Below are positions 35,620-45,589 of a DNA stretch of 58,287 nucleotides, piece after piece; the stretch's first letter is position 1; each line of letters opens with the position of its first letter. Where the stretch lies: NCBI GenBank assembly GCA_002168115.1, contig NHCC01000019.1:1-58287 (forward strand), in the 5' to 3' direction. A program made the translations under genes and the position numbers. Source of the DNA: Rhodospirillaceae bacterium TMED23 (GTDB lineage: Bacteria; Pseudomonadota; Alphaproteobacteria; Rhodospirillales; UBA2165). Below the pieces are notes generated by a model. That model searched no databases. It saw only the letters and a program-made list of their open reading frames with translations, and was not told the origin of the DNA.

Positions 35620-37719
35620 TTACAACTGGAAATCTTTAAAACCTTTACCTTCTCTGACGAGCTGTTCAATTAATTCTGCAGGACGAACCCAATCACCATA
35701 TTTTTCATTTAGTTCGCAGATTCCATCATAAACTTTGTGCAAACCAATAAGATCAGCATAAAACATTGGACCACCTTTATAACGAGGAAAACCATAGCCA
35801 TAATGCCAAATAACATCAATGTCACTTGCCCGAATCGCTAACTTTTCCTCAAGAACTTTAGCTCCTGTATTAATCATAGAATAAATATAAGTCTCTAAAA
35901 TCTCTTGGTCAGAAAAAGTACGCCGTTTGATTCCCAGTTGAGTTGAGGTTTGAATAATTAAATCTTCAATAAGCGGACTTGGCTTACCTTTCCTGCTGCC
36001 GACTTCATAATCATACCAACCTGCATTTGTCTTTTGCCCATATCTGCCGGTATTATAGACATTATCAATTATGACCGACTGCCTGCGCTCCCCATATAGT
36101 TTTTTCTGTTCTTGACGAATTAAATATCTAACATCAACCCCAGCAAGATCATTCATTGAAAAAGGGCCCATTGGAAAACCAAAATCGTAAATCACTTTAT
36201 CAATCTGCCAAGGCAATGCTCCCTCCTCAACCATGAATTCCGCAATACGCGCTGAAATATGCAACATACGATTACCCACGAATCCGTCACCCACTCCAAC
36301 TAAGACACCAGTTTTCTTTATTTTTTTTGCTAAACCCATTACAGTGGCAATAGTTTCTTTGGAGCTTTTTTCAGTTCTTACATTTTCCAACAACTTCATA
36401 ATATTTGCGGGACTAAAAAAATGTGTCCCGCAAACCTTATCGGGCCGATTTGTTGAATCTGCGATCTCATTGATATCTAAAGTAGAAGTATTACTGGCCA
36501 ATATCGTTTCCGGCTTACATACCTGATCAAGCTCCTTAAAAATTTTCTTCTTTAAATCCATATCTTCAAAAACAGCTTCAATCACTATATCAGAATCGGC
36601 GATTTCAGAATAATTAGTCGCGCCCGATATCAAGTTCATAGTCTGATCCATTTTCTCTTGGCTCATCCGACCCTTAGCGACAGAACTTAAATAATTATTC
36701 TTAACTCTATCCAGACCGATTTTAAGTGCATCTTCGTTGATATCAACAACAACAGCGGGAATGCCTACATTTGCGAAATTCATGGCAATACCGCCTCCCA
36801 TGGTTCCGCTTCCAATAATAGCCACTTTATTAATATTCTGTGTTTTCGTTTCTTTGGGTATATCCGGAATTTTAGCAACACCCCTCTCCGCAAAAAACAT
36901 ATGGCGCATGGATTTACCTTCGTCACTATCGCGAAGTTCAATAAAAACCTCACGCTCATATGCCAATCCGGCGTCAAAACCTATTTTTGTTGCGGCTTCA
37001 ACAGTATTAATACACTCAAATGGTGATCTCATATTTCGTGATTTAGAGGATATTTTTTGTCGCCAATTATCAAAAACTTTGGGGTCTACATCTTTTATTT
37101 TTTCATTTAGGTCTCCCGTTCTCCTGAGCTCATCTGGTTTTTTTGCTTGCGATAAGGCTAATTGTATAGCTGACTCAACTAAATCTTCATCAATAATTTC
37201 GTCAATAGCTCCCGCCTCAAAGGCCTTAGTAGCATTAATCGGCTTGCCGGTAACAATCATTTCTAATGCTAACTCTGGCCCCACTAATCGCGGCAACCTC
37301 TGGGTGCCGCCGCCACCCGGAATAAACCCAAGATTAACTTCCGGCTGGCCAACGGTGACACTGGGGTCAGCTAATCTATAATGACATCCCATAGCTAATT
37401 CCATGCCACCACCCAGAGCCATGCCATTTAGCGCGGCAATAACTGGTTTTGGTGCTAATTCTATTTTTCGGATAACATCTTCTAATTCAGGTATGCCTTC
37501 AGGCGTCTCAATACCGAATTCGCTAATATCAGCTCCTGCGATAAACATTCTGCCTTCGCTGGTAATCACTAACCCCTTGCATTCTGAATTGGACATACAG
37601 AAATCAAAATTTTCTGAAATATGTTTTTTAACTTCGAAATTTAAAGCGTTCGCGGGGGGATTGTTTATTGTTATAACACCCACATTATTTCTCATCTCGA
37701 ACGTAATAATATTGCTCAT
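35620..37719 (-). CDS. Bifunctional enoyl-CoA hydratase / 3-hydroxyacyl-CoA dehydrogenase (FadB/FadJ-like)
   Basis: The N-terminal crotonase fold shows FIAGADISEF and GGGMELAMGCHYR. The central Rossmann motif is VAIIGSGTMGGGIA. 3HCDH C-terminal domains follow. Confidence 0.9.
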   Translation of the reverse strand: MSNIITFEMRNNVGVITINNPPANALNFEVKKHISENFDFCMSNSECKGLVITSEGRMFIAGADISEFGIETPEGIPELEDVIRKIELAPKPVIAALNGMALGGGMELAMGCHYRLADPSVTVGQPEVNLGFIPGGGGTQRLPRLVGPELALEMIVTGKPINATKAFEAGAIDEIIDEDLVESAIQLALSQAKKPDELRRTGDLNEKIKDVDPKVFDNWRQKISSKSRNMRSPFECINTVEAATKIGFDAGLAYEREVFIELRDSDEGKSMRHMFFAERGVAKIPDIPKETKTQNINKVAIIGSGTMGGGIAMNFANVGIPAVVVDINEDALKIGLDRVKNNYLSSVAKGRMSQEKMDQTMNLISGATNYSEIADSDIVIEAVFEDMDLKKKIFKELDQVCKPETILASNTSTLDINEIADSTNRPDKVCGTHFFSPANIMKLLENVRTEKSSKETIATVMGLAKKIKKTGVLVGVGDGFVGNRMLHISARIAEFMVEEGALPWQIDKVIYDFGFPMGPFSMNDLAGVDVRYLIRQEQKKLYGERRQSVIIDNVYNTGRYGQKTNAGWYDYEVGSRKGKPSPLIEDLIIQTSTQLGIKRRTFSDQEILETYIYSMINTGAKVLEEKLAIRASDIDVIWHYGYGFPRYKGGPMFYADLIGLHKVYDGICELNEKYGDWVRPAELIEQLVREGKGFKDFQL

Positions 37720-37744
37720 TATAATTTCTCTCTAATACTAAAGT

Positions 37745-38728
37745 TTATGATATGGCAAATTTGCCGCGGTCATGGGGCTGGTTAAAATCAATATCTGGAC
37801 CTTTTGCAACTATTTCACTGGGGTTTATTTTAGGCATAAGCCCATAATATCCACGCTTTATATGCTCAAAATTTGTTAAACTGGATATACCAGGATACTG
37901 ATATAATTCTAAAGTAAAGTTCCATAAATTGGGGTAATCAAAAATATGCCTCTTATTACATTTAAAATGAGTATAATAAACAACGTCAAACCTAATAAGA
38001 GTTGAAAATAAACGCCAATCTGCCTCCGTTAATTTTTCTCCTGTCAAATATCTACGTTCACCCAACCTCTCTTCTAATTTATCTAGTGTCATGAACAAGT
38101 TATTGTATGCCTCTTCATAAGCATTTTGGGTCGTCGCGAAACCCGCACGATAAACACCGTTATTAATATTCTTGTAAACAATGGCGTTTATCTCATCAAT
38201 TTGATTTCTCAAAGACTCGGGATAAAAATCCAACTTATTATGCGTAATCTTATCAAATGCAGAGTTGAACATTCTAATAATTTCAGATGACTCATTATTT
38301 ACTATCGTTTCACTTTTTTTATCCCATAAAACCGGAACAGTTACCCTGCCGGTATATTTAGGGTCGGCCTTAGTATATAATTCATGTAAATAATAAATGT
38401 TATTTACAGCATCTGGTAGCGCGCCGGGTTCTTCATTAAATGTCCAACCCTGATCCTTAAAGCTAGCGCCACCTATAGATATGCTAATAATATCTTCTAG
38501 GCCTTTGACTCTGCGGAACATCGCAGTGCGATAAGCCCATGGGCAATTATGAGTTATATATAAATGATAACGCCCAGCTTCAGCAGCAAACCCAAGTTCA
38601 CCTGTTGGACCAGGCCCACCATCACTAGTTATCCAATTTCTAAAACTACTTTCTGGCCTTATAAATTTTCCTTCTTCATTCCGTATATTATCGTCATCAG
38701 ACCAGTGCCCGTCTACCAAAAGTCCCAT
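37745..38728 (-). CDS. yqjG: Xi-class glutathione transferase / glutathionyl-hydroquinone reductase (YqjG-like)
   Basis: GRYHLYITHNCPWAYRT (CPWA active site), RVTVPVLWDK, NNGVYRAGFATTQ and YLTGEKLTEADWRLF are colinear with E. coli YqjG from memory. Confidence 0.85.
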   Translation of the reverse strand: MGLLVDGHWSDDDNIRNEEGKFIRPESSFRNWITSDGGPGPTGELGFAAEAGRYHLYITHNCPWAYRTAMFRRVKGLEDIISISIGGASFKDQGWTFNEEPGALPDAVNNIYYLHELYTKADPKYTGRVTVPVLWDKKSETIVNNESSEIIRMFNSAFDKITHNKLDFYPESLRNQIDEINAIVYKNINNGVYRAGFATTQNAYEEAYNNLFMTLDKLEERLGERRYLTGEKLTEADWRLFSTLIRFDVVYYTHFKCNKRHIFDYPNLWNFTLELYQYPGISSLTNFEHIKRGYYGLMPKINPSEIVAKGPDIDFNQPHDRGKFAIS

Positions 38729-38757
38729 GATACTATGACCGATATATTTTCATCAAA

Positions 38758-39135
38758 TTACAAGTGCTCATTAGCAAAAACTTCCTGAGCCCAGTGATAT
38801 GCAGAATTAGCCGCTGGGACGCCAGCATAAATAGCTGTCTGCAATATAACTTCCTTAATCTCATCTTTTGATAGACCATTATTCAAACCTGCCTTAATAT
38901 GTAATTTAAATTCATCTTCCCGGTTAAGAGCAATCATCATAGCCAAAGTAATGCAGCTTCTTGTCTTTCGTTCTAATCCGGGCCTCGTCCAAATTTCACC
39001 CCAAGCATAGCGCGTAATCAACTCCTGAAATTCCTCGGTAAAGCTATCTTTCTTAGCCTCCGCGGAATCAACATGTTTATTTCCGAGAACTTCTCGCCGA
39101 ACTTTCATACCGGCGTCAAATATATTCTTCATCAC
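38758..39135 (-). CDS. pcaC: 4-carboxymuconolactone decarboxylase
   Basis: CMD domain: ITRYAWGEIWTRPGL, SCITLAMMIALNR and LQTAIYAGVPAA. Confidence 0.85.
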   Translation of the reverse strand: MMKNIFDAGMKVRREVLGNKHVDSAEAKKDSFTEEFQELITRYAWGEIWTRPGLERKTRSCITLAMMIALNREDEFKLHIKAGLNNGLSKDEIKEVILQTAIYAGVPAANSAYHWAQEVFANEHL

Positions 39136-39144
39136 CTTATTCCT

Positions 39145-39927
39145 TTAATTCAAAAGAAAATCCAAAACATTTTTATTAAATTCTTTTGGTTTCTCGATAT
39201 TTGATAGATGAGCTACTCCATCGATTATGATCAATCTAGACTCCTCTATTTCTTTCTTAATTATCTCACTGTGTGATACGGGCGTCGATGGATCGAATTC
39301 GCCCGCAATAATTAATGTCGGTATCTTTATCTTTTCTAAATGAGCGCTTAAATTCAAATCACGAACTGCAGCACAGCAACCAACATAACCTGGCACGTCA
39401 CATGAATTCATCATTTCTTTTAAAAAATTAATCTTTGGCGAGCCAGTTTTTCTAAAATTATCTGATAGAAATCTTTGTAATCCAGCATCAATAATTGAGC
39501 TCATTCCGTGAGCTTTAACAGTATTAATTCTATCCTGCCAGGGCGCTGGGGGACTTAAATTAGAAGACGTATTACAAATAACTAATTTTTCTAGCCGTTG
39601 AGGTTGATTTATCCCCATCCACATACCGACCATCCCACCGAGCGAAATTCCGCACAAATTGGCTTTTTCAATTCCTAAAAAATTCATAAGGGATAATAAA
39701 TCCCGCCCGATATCATCAATACTATATTCACCTTCCGGCGAGGAAGATCCGCCGTGTCCTCTATTATCATATCTCAAAACTCGAAAAAATTTTGCGAATT
39801 CAGCAACTTGCTCATCCCATACATGCATATTTGTTGTGAGGGAATTGGATAATATTAATATAGGTAAACTTTTATCTCCCTCACATTCATATTTAATATG
39901 AGTGCCATTTAAATCTGCAACAGGCAT
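39145..39927 (-). CDS. pcaD: 3-oxoadipate enol-lactonase (alpha/beta hydrolase)
   Basis: ILILSNSLTT and the nucleophile elbow GISLGGMVG. It sits between pcaB and pcaC. Confidence 0.8.
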   Translation of the reverse strand: MPVADLNGTHIKYECEGDKSLPILILSNSLTTNMHVWDEQVAEFAKFFRVLRYDNRGHGGSSSPEGEYSIDDIGRDLLSLMNFLGIEKANLCGISLGGMVGMWMGINQPQRLEKLVICNTSSNLSPPAPWQDRINTVKAHGMSSIIDAGLQRFLSDNFRKTGSPKINFLKEMMNSCDVPGYVGCCAAVRDLNLSAHLEKIKIPTLIIAGEFDPSTPVSHSEIIKKEIEESRLIIIDGVAHLSNIEKPKEFNKNVLDFLLN

Positions 39928-39964
39928 TTATTTCCCCTAATTTTCATGCATCTTGCGCAGGTTC

Positions 39965-41251
39965 TTACTCAAGAAGCATCAGTTTGTCTAATGTTGACTG
40001 ATCGATTAATCGCATAAACCTTATATCTTCTTGAAGAACATCTTTCAAATGTTGGTTTTTAGATATCGAGGCACTGCAAGCTTCTGAAATAATCTGACTT
40101 GCCTGCTCTTTTCCTATTTTTTTAGATAGCTCAAGCATTAACTTTTCTGACATAAATAAACCATTTAAAGAGTCCAGATTATTTTTCATTTTTTCTTGAT
40201 CAATTTTTAAATTCTCGAATAATCCAGCAATAGCTGCCAAAGATCCAGCGGTTGTTTCAACAATATCTGGAATAGTAACCCATTCCACTTGCCATCCCCC
40301 CAGAGCCCTCTCATGTTCATGAGGCATGGCATCAACCAGAGTAGCTAATAAGTGCGGAACTCGTTTTGCGGCTGATAACGCAATCAAACAGCCAATAGAG
40401 TTTCGTTTATGCGGCATTGCCGACGATCTTCCACTGTCTAAATTTGTTTTTTCAAAAACTTCAGAAACTTCGAATTGCATTAACAAAGACAGATCTAAAG
40501 CAGTCTTACCAAGGGTACCAACAAGTATAGATAGGGATGAACATAAAGCAACAAATCGATCACGGTGCACATGCCAAACTTCATTGCTCATATCCAAATT
40601 GAGTAAGTTTGATAGAACTTTTCTAACTTTTTCTCCGTCAACACCCAAAGCAGACAAATTACCTGCTGCTCCCCCAAATTGTAATAACATAGCTTCGGAT
40701 GCACTCTTTTCAACTCGATCCCAACTCCTCGAAATTGCTGATCGCCAGCCTAGTAGTTTTTGTTCAAATTTAATGGGCACGGATGGTTGTAGAAGTGTTC
40801 GCCCAATCATGACTTGATCACCATATTTCTCTATTAATGTTGATAGTGCACTATCAATCCGCAGTATATCCTTTTTCAGTACTTTAATGGCTTTTTTCAG
40901 CTGCATGACCATTGCAGTGTCAATGACGTCTTGACTAGTAGCCCCAAAATGAATCCAGCCTGATGCTGACTTATCTGAACTCGCAACTAATTGAATAAGA
41001 CGCCTAACAAGAGGAACAACAATGGTTCCATGATCCACAGACTTATCTGATAAGTCCGCAATAGAAAATTTCTCTACTTTACAGTTGCTGCCAATTATTT
41101 CCGCAAAACCCTCATCAAATATTTTGCATTTAGCTTCTGAAAACGCTAACGCCTTTTCAAAGTCCAGCATGGCTTGAACCATTGCAGCATCACTAAATAT
41201 TTTCATAACATCAGGGGTGGTTGTTAGTCGCCTAAAAATCTGGCTTGTCAT
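39965..41251 (-). CDS. pcaB: 3-carboxy-cis,cis-muconate cycloisomerase
   Basis: The fumarate-lyase superfamily signature is SSAMPHKRNS; GATSQDVIDTA is also present. Start set at the ATG 41251 (MTSQIF); the track start at 41281 is a TTG. Confidence 0.85.
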   Translation of the reverse strand: MTSQIFRRLTTTPDVMKIFSDAAMVQAMLDFEKALAFSEAKCKIFDEGFAEIIGSNCKVEKFSIADLSDKSVDHGTIVVPLVRRLIQLVASSDKSASGWIHFGATSQDVIDTAMVMQLKKAIKVLKKDILRIDSALSTLIEKYGDQVMIGRTLLQPSVPIKFEQKLLGWRSAISRSWDRVEKSASEAMLLQFGGAAGNLSALGVDGEKVRKVLSNLLNLDMSNEVWHVHRDRFVALCSSLSILVGTLGKTALDLSLLMQFEVSEVFEKTNLDSGRSSAMPHKRNSIGCLIALSAAKRVPHLLATLVDAMPHEHERALGGWQVEWVTIPDIVETTAGSLAAIAGLFENLKIDQEKMKNNLDSLNGLFMSEKLMLELSKKIGKEQASQIISEACSASISKNQHLKDVLQEDIRFMRLIDQSTLDKLMLLE

Positions 41252-41292
41252 TGTCTTTTTGTTCCAAAGGGTGCATTGCAAATATTATTGGT

Positions 41293-41874
41293 TTAGACAT
41301 CAAAAAAAATAGTTTCGTTTTCACCTTGAAGATATATGTGGAATTCATATTCATCAATTAATCCACCATTAGGATTAAAATTGGCGATAAGAGTTTTTCT
41401 TTCTAACTCATCATCAATTTGGTTTAAAACAGGGTCCTCAGCATTTGATTGCACCTCATCTGAGAAGTATATTCGTGTCACCTGCTGTTTTAACATTCCC
41501 CGAGCCAGAATATTAACAGCTAAATGAGGAGCCTGAAGCGAATTTCCTCTCCCGTTTACCCTCCCAGGTTTTTGTGTGACAAAAAAGAATTGCCCTTCAT
41601 TATTAGTGCAAGAACGACCGAAACCAGAAAATCCTTTGATAAGTTCATTGTCAGAGTTATCCTCAGGATGATCATATTTTCCATTAATATTTGCTTGCCA
41701 AATTTCAATAACGGCATCTGGAACTGGCGTTCCTTCACCATCATAAACAATACCATGAATTTTTATTGCATTTTTACTATTTTTTGGAACAAGGTATTCT
41801 TGACCCTCCGATCTCATAGCTATTGATAGAAAAGGCCCCACTGTTTGGGAGGCCGTAACACCCATTTTACTCAT
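41293..41874 (-). CDS. pcaG: Protocatechuate 3,4-dioxygenase alpha subunit
   Basis: TASQTVGPF, IEIWQANINGKY and APHLAVNILARG. Confidence 0.88.
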   Translation of the reverse strand: MSKMGVTASQTVGPFLSIAMRSEGQEYLVPKNSKNAIKIHGIVYDGEGTPVPDAVIEIWQANINGKYDHPEDNSDNELIKGFSGFGRSCTNNEGQFFFVTQKPGRVNGRGNSLQAPHLAVNILARGMLKQQVTRIYFSDEVQSNAEDPVLNQIDDELERKTLIANFNPNGGLIDEYEFHIYLQGENETIFFDV

Positions 41875-41876
41875 AT

Positions 41877-42587
41877 TTAAGCCCCATTCTCAAAAGGTGT
41901 GGCTTGCCTGCCACGTAGAACGAAATCAAATTTAAAACTTAATGCAAAATCTGGTTCAGTTGTATCTAAATCAAACTCCGAGATCATCCTTTTACGTGCA
42001 GATTCCGAGGGAATTGAGTTAAAAATTGGATCAAAGGCGAATAGCGGGTCTTCTGGGAAATACATTTGGGTCACTAAACGTGTAACAAAAGCCGGACCAA
42101 AAAGAGAAAAATGTATGTGAGCAGGTCTCCAGGCATTAAAATGATTACCCCAAGGATATGCACCTGGCTTAATGGTCGTGAATTTATACTCACCCTTTTC
42201 GTTTGATATCATTCGGCCTCTGCCAACAAAATTTGGATCAAGGGGTGCAGGATGTTGGTCATTAGGATGGAGGTATCTGCCCGCTGCATTACATTGCCAT
42301 ATTTCAATTAAAGTATTAGGGACCGGTCTGCCACCCTCATCCAGCACACGCCCACTTACAAAAATTCTTTGGCCTTGTGCTTCTTTTCCATTTTCAATAG
42401 AGAGATCACCTTCACCAGGCTCTAATTTAACTGAACTAAATAATGGGCCTGTCACCTCTGTGACTGTATGATCAATTTTTATAGCTCGATTTTTTGGATG
42501 CCTAAAGGTAGTACTTTTATAGTCTCTGTAAAATGCGGGTGGATGATCTTTTTTACTCTCTCTTGAATAGCTCTCTGGCTCAGTCAT
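41877..42587 (-). CDS. pcaH: Protocatechuate 3,4-dioxygenase beta subunit
   Basis: IEIWQCNAAGRYLHPND and RPAHIHFSLFG carry the intradiol dioxygenase Fe ligands. Confidence 0.9.
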   Translation of the reverse strand: MTEPESYSRESKKDHPPAFYRDYKSTTFRHPKNRAIKIDHTVTEVTGPLFSSVKLEPGEGDLSIENGKEAQGQRIFVSGRVLDEGGRPVPNTLIEIWQCNAAGRYLHPNDQHPAPLDPNFVGRGRMISNEKGEYKFTTIKPGAYPWGNHFNAWRPAHIHFSLFGPAFVTRLVTQMYFPEDPLFAFDPIFNSIPSESARKRMISEFDLDTTEPDFALSFKFDFVLRGRQATPFENGA

Positions 42588-42640
42588 ATTAATTCCCTAA
42601 ATTTTCAATGAATCTTCGATAAAAATAAATTAACCACCTA

Positions 42641-42667
42641 AAAAATGCCAGCGAATTTAAGCTCGCT
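42641..42667 (-). terminator. Weak stem-loop plus T-tract between tauE-like gene and pcaH
   Basis: On the minus strand agcga-gcttaaat-tcgct is followed by ggcattttt. The stem is only 5 bp. Confidence 0.35.
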
Positions 42668-42690
42668 TTCTAAACTATAATGATAAAAAT

Positions 42691-43467
42691 CTAAATTAAT
42701 CCAGTTATCCCGTCGTAACACAGTTTTAAACCTGTCATAAACAATATTGTCATAATTGTCCTATAGAACACAATATCATTTATTTTTCGCTGTATCCATA
42801 ATCCAATAAAAATGCCAATGGGTACAGCTAATATCAATAGGAACGATGTAGACAAATTAGTTATATTAAATTGCCCTAGCCACCAATATGGCCCGATCTT
42901 AGCATAATTAACGTAAGTATAAAATACTGCCAAGGTTCCCATGTAAATTGTTTTATCCATCCTTTGTGGAATTAAATAGACATTCAAGGGGGGGCCACCA
43001 GAATGGGCAACAAAACTAGTGAAACCACAAATAGAACTCCACAAGCCACCTTTAAAGATATTTGCCTTGGTTGGAGCGGGTGGTATTTTTTGCCTCAAAT
43101 AATCAATAAAACGTGAGAATGAAAAAACAACGGCAATTGTGCCGATAATAAGCTTGATCATTGAAGAATCTAAATATTTAAAACCTAAAGTTCCAACAAT
43201 TATTCCAATTGTAGCACCGGGAATCATAATTTTTAGATTAGTCTTATCCCAAGTTTTTCTGTAGGCCCACATAGCAAAAACATCAGCAATACATATACTT
43301 GGGAGCAATACTGCGGCTGCCTGCGGAACTGATACAACCAAGGCCATTAGAGGGGTAGCGAGACTACCTGTTCCACCTAAACCAGCTTTAGAAATACCGA
43401 TTGTTATAATTGCTGGGATCGCAACTAGATAAAATAAAGGATCACTTATTAATGAAAATTGTTCCAT
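42691..43467 (-). CDS. TauE/SafE-family anion (sulfite/organosulfonate) exporter
   Basis: 258 aa with 7-8 hydrophobic segments and the internal-repeat architecture typical of TauE/SafE (..GGTGSLATPL.. / ..HSGGPPLNVYL..). Confidence 0.78.
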   Translation of the reverse strand: MEQFSLISDPLFYLVAIPAIITIGISKAGLGGTGSLATPLMALVVSVPQAAAVLLPSICIADVFAMWAYRKTWDKTNLKIMIPGATIGIIVGTLGFKYLDSSMIKLIIGTIAVVFSFSRFIDYLRQKIPPAPTKANIFKGGLWSSICGFTSFVAHSGGPPLNVYLIPQRMDKTIYMGTLAVFYTYVNYAKIGPYWWLGQFNITNLSTSFLLILAVPIGIFIGLWIQRKINDIVFYRTIMTILFMTGLKLCYDGITGLI

Positions 43468-43541
43468 AACAAAATTACCACAATATTACGGAGACAATAA
43501 AATACTCCAATATTCCCAGCTTTAGTTCCTATAATGCAAAA

Positions 43542-44882
43542 TTAGAATAATACCCTAGGCAGATAAGTTGCTATCTCCGGAAATGTAATAATCAGCACCA
43601 TTCCGATTAGCATAATAATCCAATACGGGGTTGCGCTTTTGAATATCGTCATAACGTTAACATCTGGGTCAATAGATGTAATTGCAGATTTTACCGTATA
43701 AACAAGCAATCCAAAAGGAGGTGTAAGCAAGCCAGCTTCTATTGCTATGATTCCTATAATGGCAAAAGCAATGGGATCATATCCAAGTTTCACAGCGATT
43801 GGAGCAAAAATAGCGGCAGTTAGCAACATAATAGAAATTGAGTCTATAATCATACCCAACAAAAACCAAATGAATACCATTACACCTATTATAGCCCAAC
43901 TCGGCATGCCCGACTCTAAGAAAAGGCTCTCTATCGCATTAGCCAAACCCGTCATTGCTAGGGTATTCGAATATAAAGCAGCTGTGACAAGAAGAAGTAA
44001 AATTGGACCAGACGTTCTTCCAACGGATAATATTGAGTCTATAATCTCTTTATATCTCATCCCTTTAATAACGCCAAGAACAAGTCCAAGTAGAGCCCCA
44101 ACACCAGCTCCTTCGGTCGGACTAAACAACCCAAACCAAATACCACCTAACACTGCAACGACAACAATGACAATACCCGCCAAACTTGTATAAAACTGCT
44201 TTCTTGGAACAATTTCCTCTGCCTCTACATTTGACTCAGAGCCACTACCAACTGCTTCAGGTTTAAATAGGGCCATTCCTAGAACATAAGTACAAAACAA
44301 AGTTGTCAGAAGTAAACCGGGAAGCACGCCAGCTAAAAATATTTTACCAATTGAATTTTCGGTAAGAATACCCCAAACAATCATCAGAACACTTGGTGGT
44401 ATCAACATACCTAGACAACTCGAACCCGCAACCGTACCCAACGCAAATCCCTTATGGTATCCGTGCCGTTTCATCTCTGGATAGGCAATACGAGAAAAAG
44501 CGGCCGCAGACGCTATGCTTACACCAGTAACAAATGAAAAAAGTGCGTTCCCAAATACAGTTGCAATTGCCAATCTACCGGGCAATTTGGACAGCATGGA
44601 ATTGATTCCACGATAAACATCGGTTATAGCGCCCGATTTACCAATAAATTCTCCCATCAACATGAATAATGGTATCACAGCAAAAACATAGTCTCTAATT
44701 CCTTCATATGCTTTTGCAGCAAGCATCACTTTCACCGTATTAAATGCATTCCAGTCTTGGCCCGTCACCAGCCAGATTCCCAGGGCACTAGTCATACCAA
44801 GAGCAATAGCAATATGAACACCGATAACGACTAAACCAACTAAGCTTACGATAAGTATGATTGCAGTACTTACATCAAACAC
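43542..44882 (-). CDS. dctM: TRAP transporter large permease (DctM family)
   Basis: 446 aa and polytopic. It lies directly downstream of the DctQ- and DctP-type genes. Confidence 0.9.
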   Translation of the reverse strand: MFDVSTAIILIVSLVGLVVIGVHIAIALGMTSALGIWLVTGQDWNAFNTVKVMLAAKAYEGIRDYVFAVIPLFMLMGEFIGKSGAITDVYRGINSMLSKLPGRLAIATVFGNALFSFVTGVSIASAAAFSRIAYPEMKRHGYHKGFALGTVAGSSCLGMLIPPSVLMIVWGILTENSIGKIFLAGVLPGLLLTTLFCTYVLGMALFKPEAVGSGSESNVEAEEIVPRKQFYTSLAGIVIVVVAVLGGIWFGLFSPTEGAGVGALLGLVLGVIKGMRYKEIIDSILSVGRTSGPILLLLVTAALYSNTLAMTGLANAIESLFLESGMPSWAIIGVMVFIWFLLGMIIDSISIMLLTAAIFAPIAVKLGYDPIAFAIIGIIAIEAGLLTPPFGLLVYTVKSAITSIDPDVNVMTIFKSATPYWIIMLIGMVLIITFPEIATYLPRVLF

Positions 44883-44911
44883 GTGTTTATCCTCACTATT
44901 TTGTTTCTTGA

Positions 44912-45430
44912 TTAATGTTCAGAACCTGTATTTGCATCGAGCTCTGCATCAACATAATCCGGCATAAAAACATCAATGTATGCAAGGACCAAATAATTCA
45001 ATAAAGCTATCGCACTTCCCCCCATTACTGCCCACCTTGCTGGCCAAGCTGGGACACGAAGAGCACCCTCACCCTCAAATTCATTCTCCACCCAAGATAA
45101 GACACTCTCATCCCATCCACCAAAAATGATCATGAGAAAAAAAATGGCACCAAGAATATAACCAAATGCCAAGAAAAACTTTTGTAAGCCATCCGGGAAC
45201 CGTGAGACTAAAAAATCAGCCCTAAGCATCGAACGGCTGCGGATTGCATATCCCGCTTGCAAAAATACGATTATTACAATCGACGCAGTGACAATCTCAG
45301 CCATTCCATCAAAAATCCCCCTAAAACTTATATTTAACATAATAAAAAAAGTTAAACAAAAGGCCCAGGCTGCGGCCAATACCATTAAAAGTTTAGAGAG
45401 CTTATCGCTAAATGTAACTATCAAGTTCAT
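44912..45430 (-). CDS. dctQ: TRAP transporter small permease (DctQ family)
   Basis: 172 aa with four hydrophobic segments. It lies between dctP and dctM. Confidence 0.8.
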   Translation of the reverse strand: MNLIVTFSDKLSKLLMVLAAAWAFCLTFFIMLNISFRGIFDGMAEIVTASIVIIVFLQAGYAIRSRSMLRADFLVSRFPDGLQKFFLAFGYILGAIFFLMIIFGGWDESVLSWVENEFEGEGALRVPAWPARWAVMGGSAIALLNYLVLAYIDVFMPDYVDAELDANTGSEH

Positions 45431-45524
45431 GCCTGTCTGTGCTCCAACAGCATATTCAAAGCCAAAAAAATTATACTATCAAAATTCTTTTACTTAAATT
45501 TTATCAAAGATTATCCCAAATAGA

Positions 45525-45561
45525 TTACCGGCTGGAAGCTATAAAAGCAACCAGCCGGTAA
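45525..45561 (-). other. Intercistronic 11-bp perfect stem-loop between dctP and dctQ
   Basis: ttaccggctgg (45525-45535) pairs with ccagccggtaa (45551-45561) around a 15-nt loop. No clean T-run follows on the minus strand, so it is more likely an mRNA stabiliser or attenuator than a full terminator. Confidence 0.55.
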
Positions 45562-45589
45562 GATATTTACTAAGTATTCTAAACAATAA

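Noticed and set aside
36737-37381. 214-aa plus-strand ORF. Similar long antisense ORFs lie at 36233-36526, 40326-40817, 43747-44193 and 56243-56689.
   Set aside because: All lie antisense inside strongly conserved genes (fadB-like, pcaB, dctM, Mo enzyme). They have low-complexity Ser/Pro/Ile-rich translations and no motifs, which is typical of shadow ORFs.
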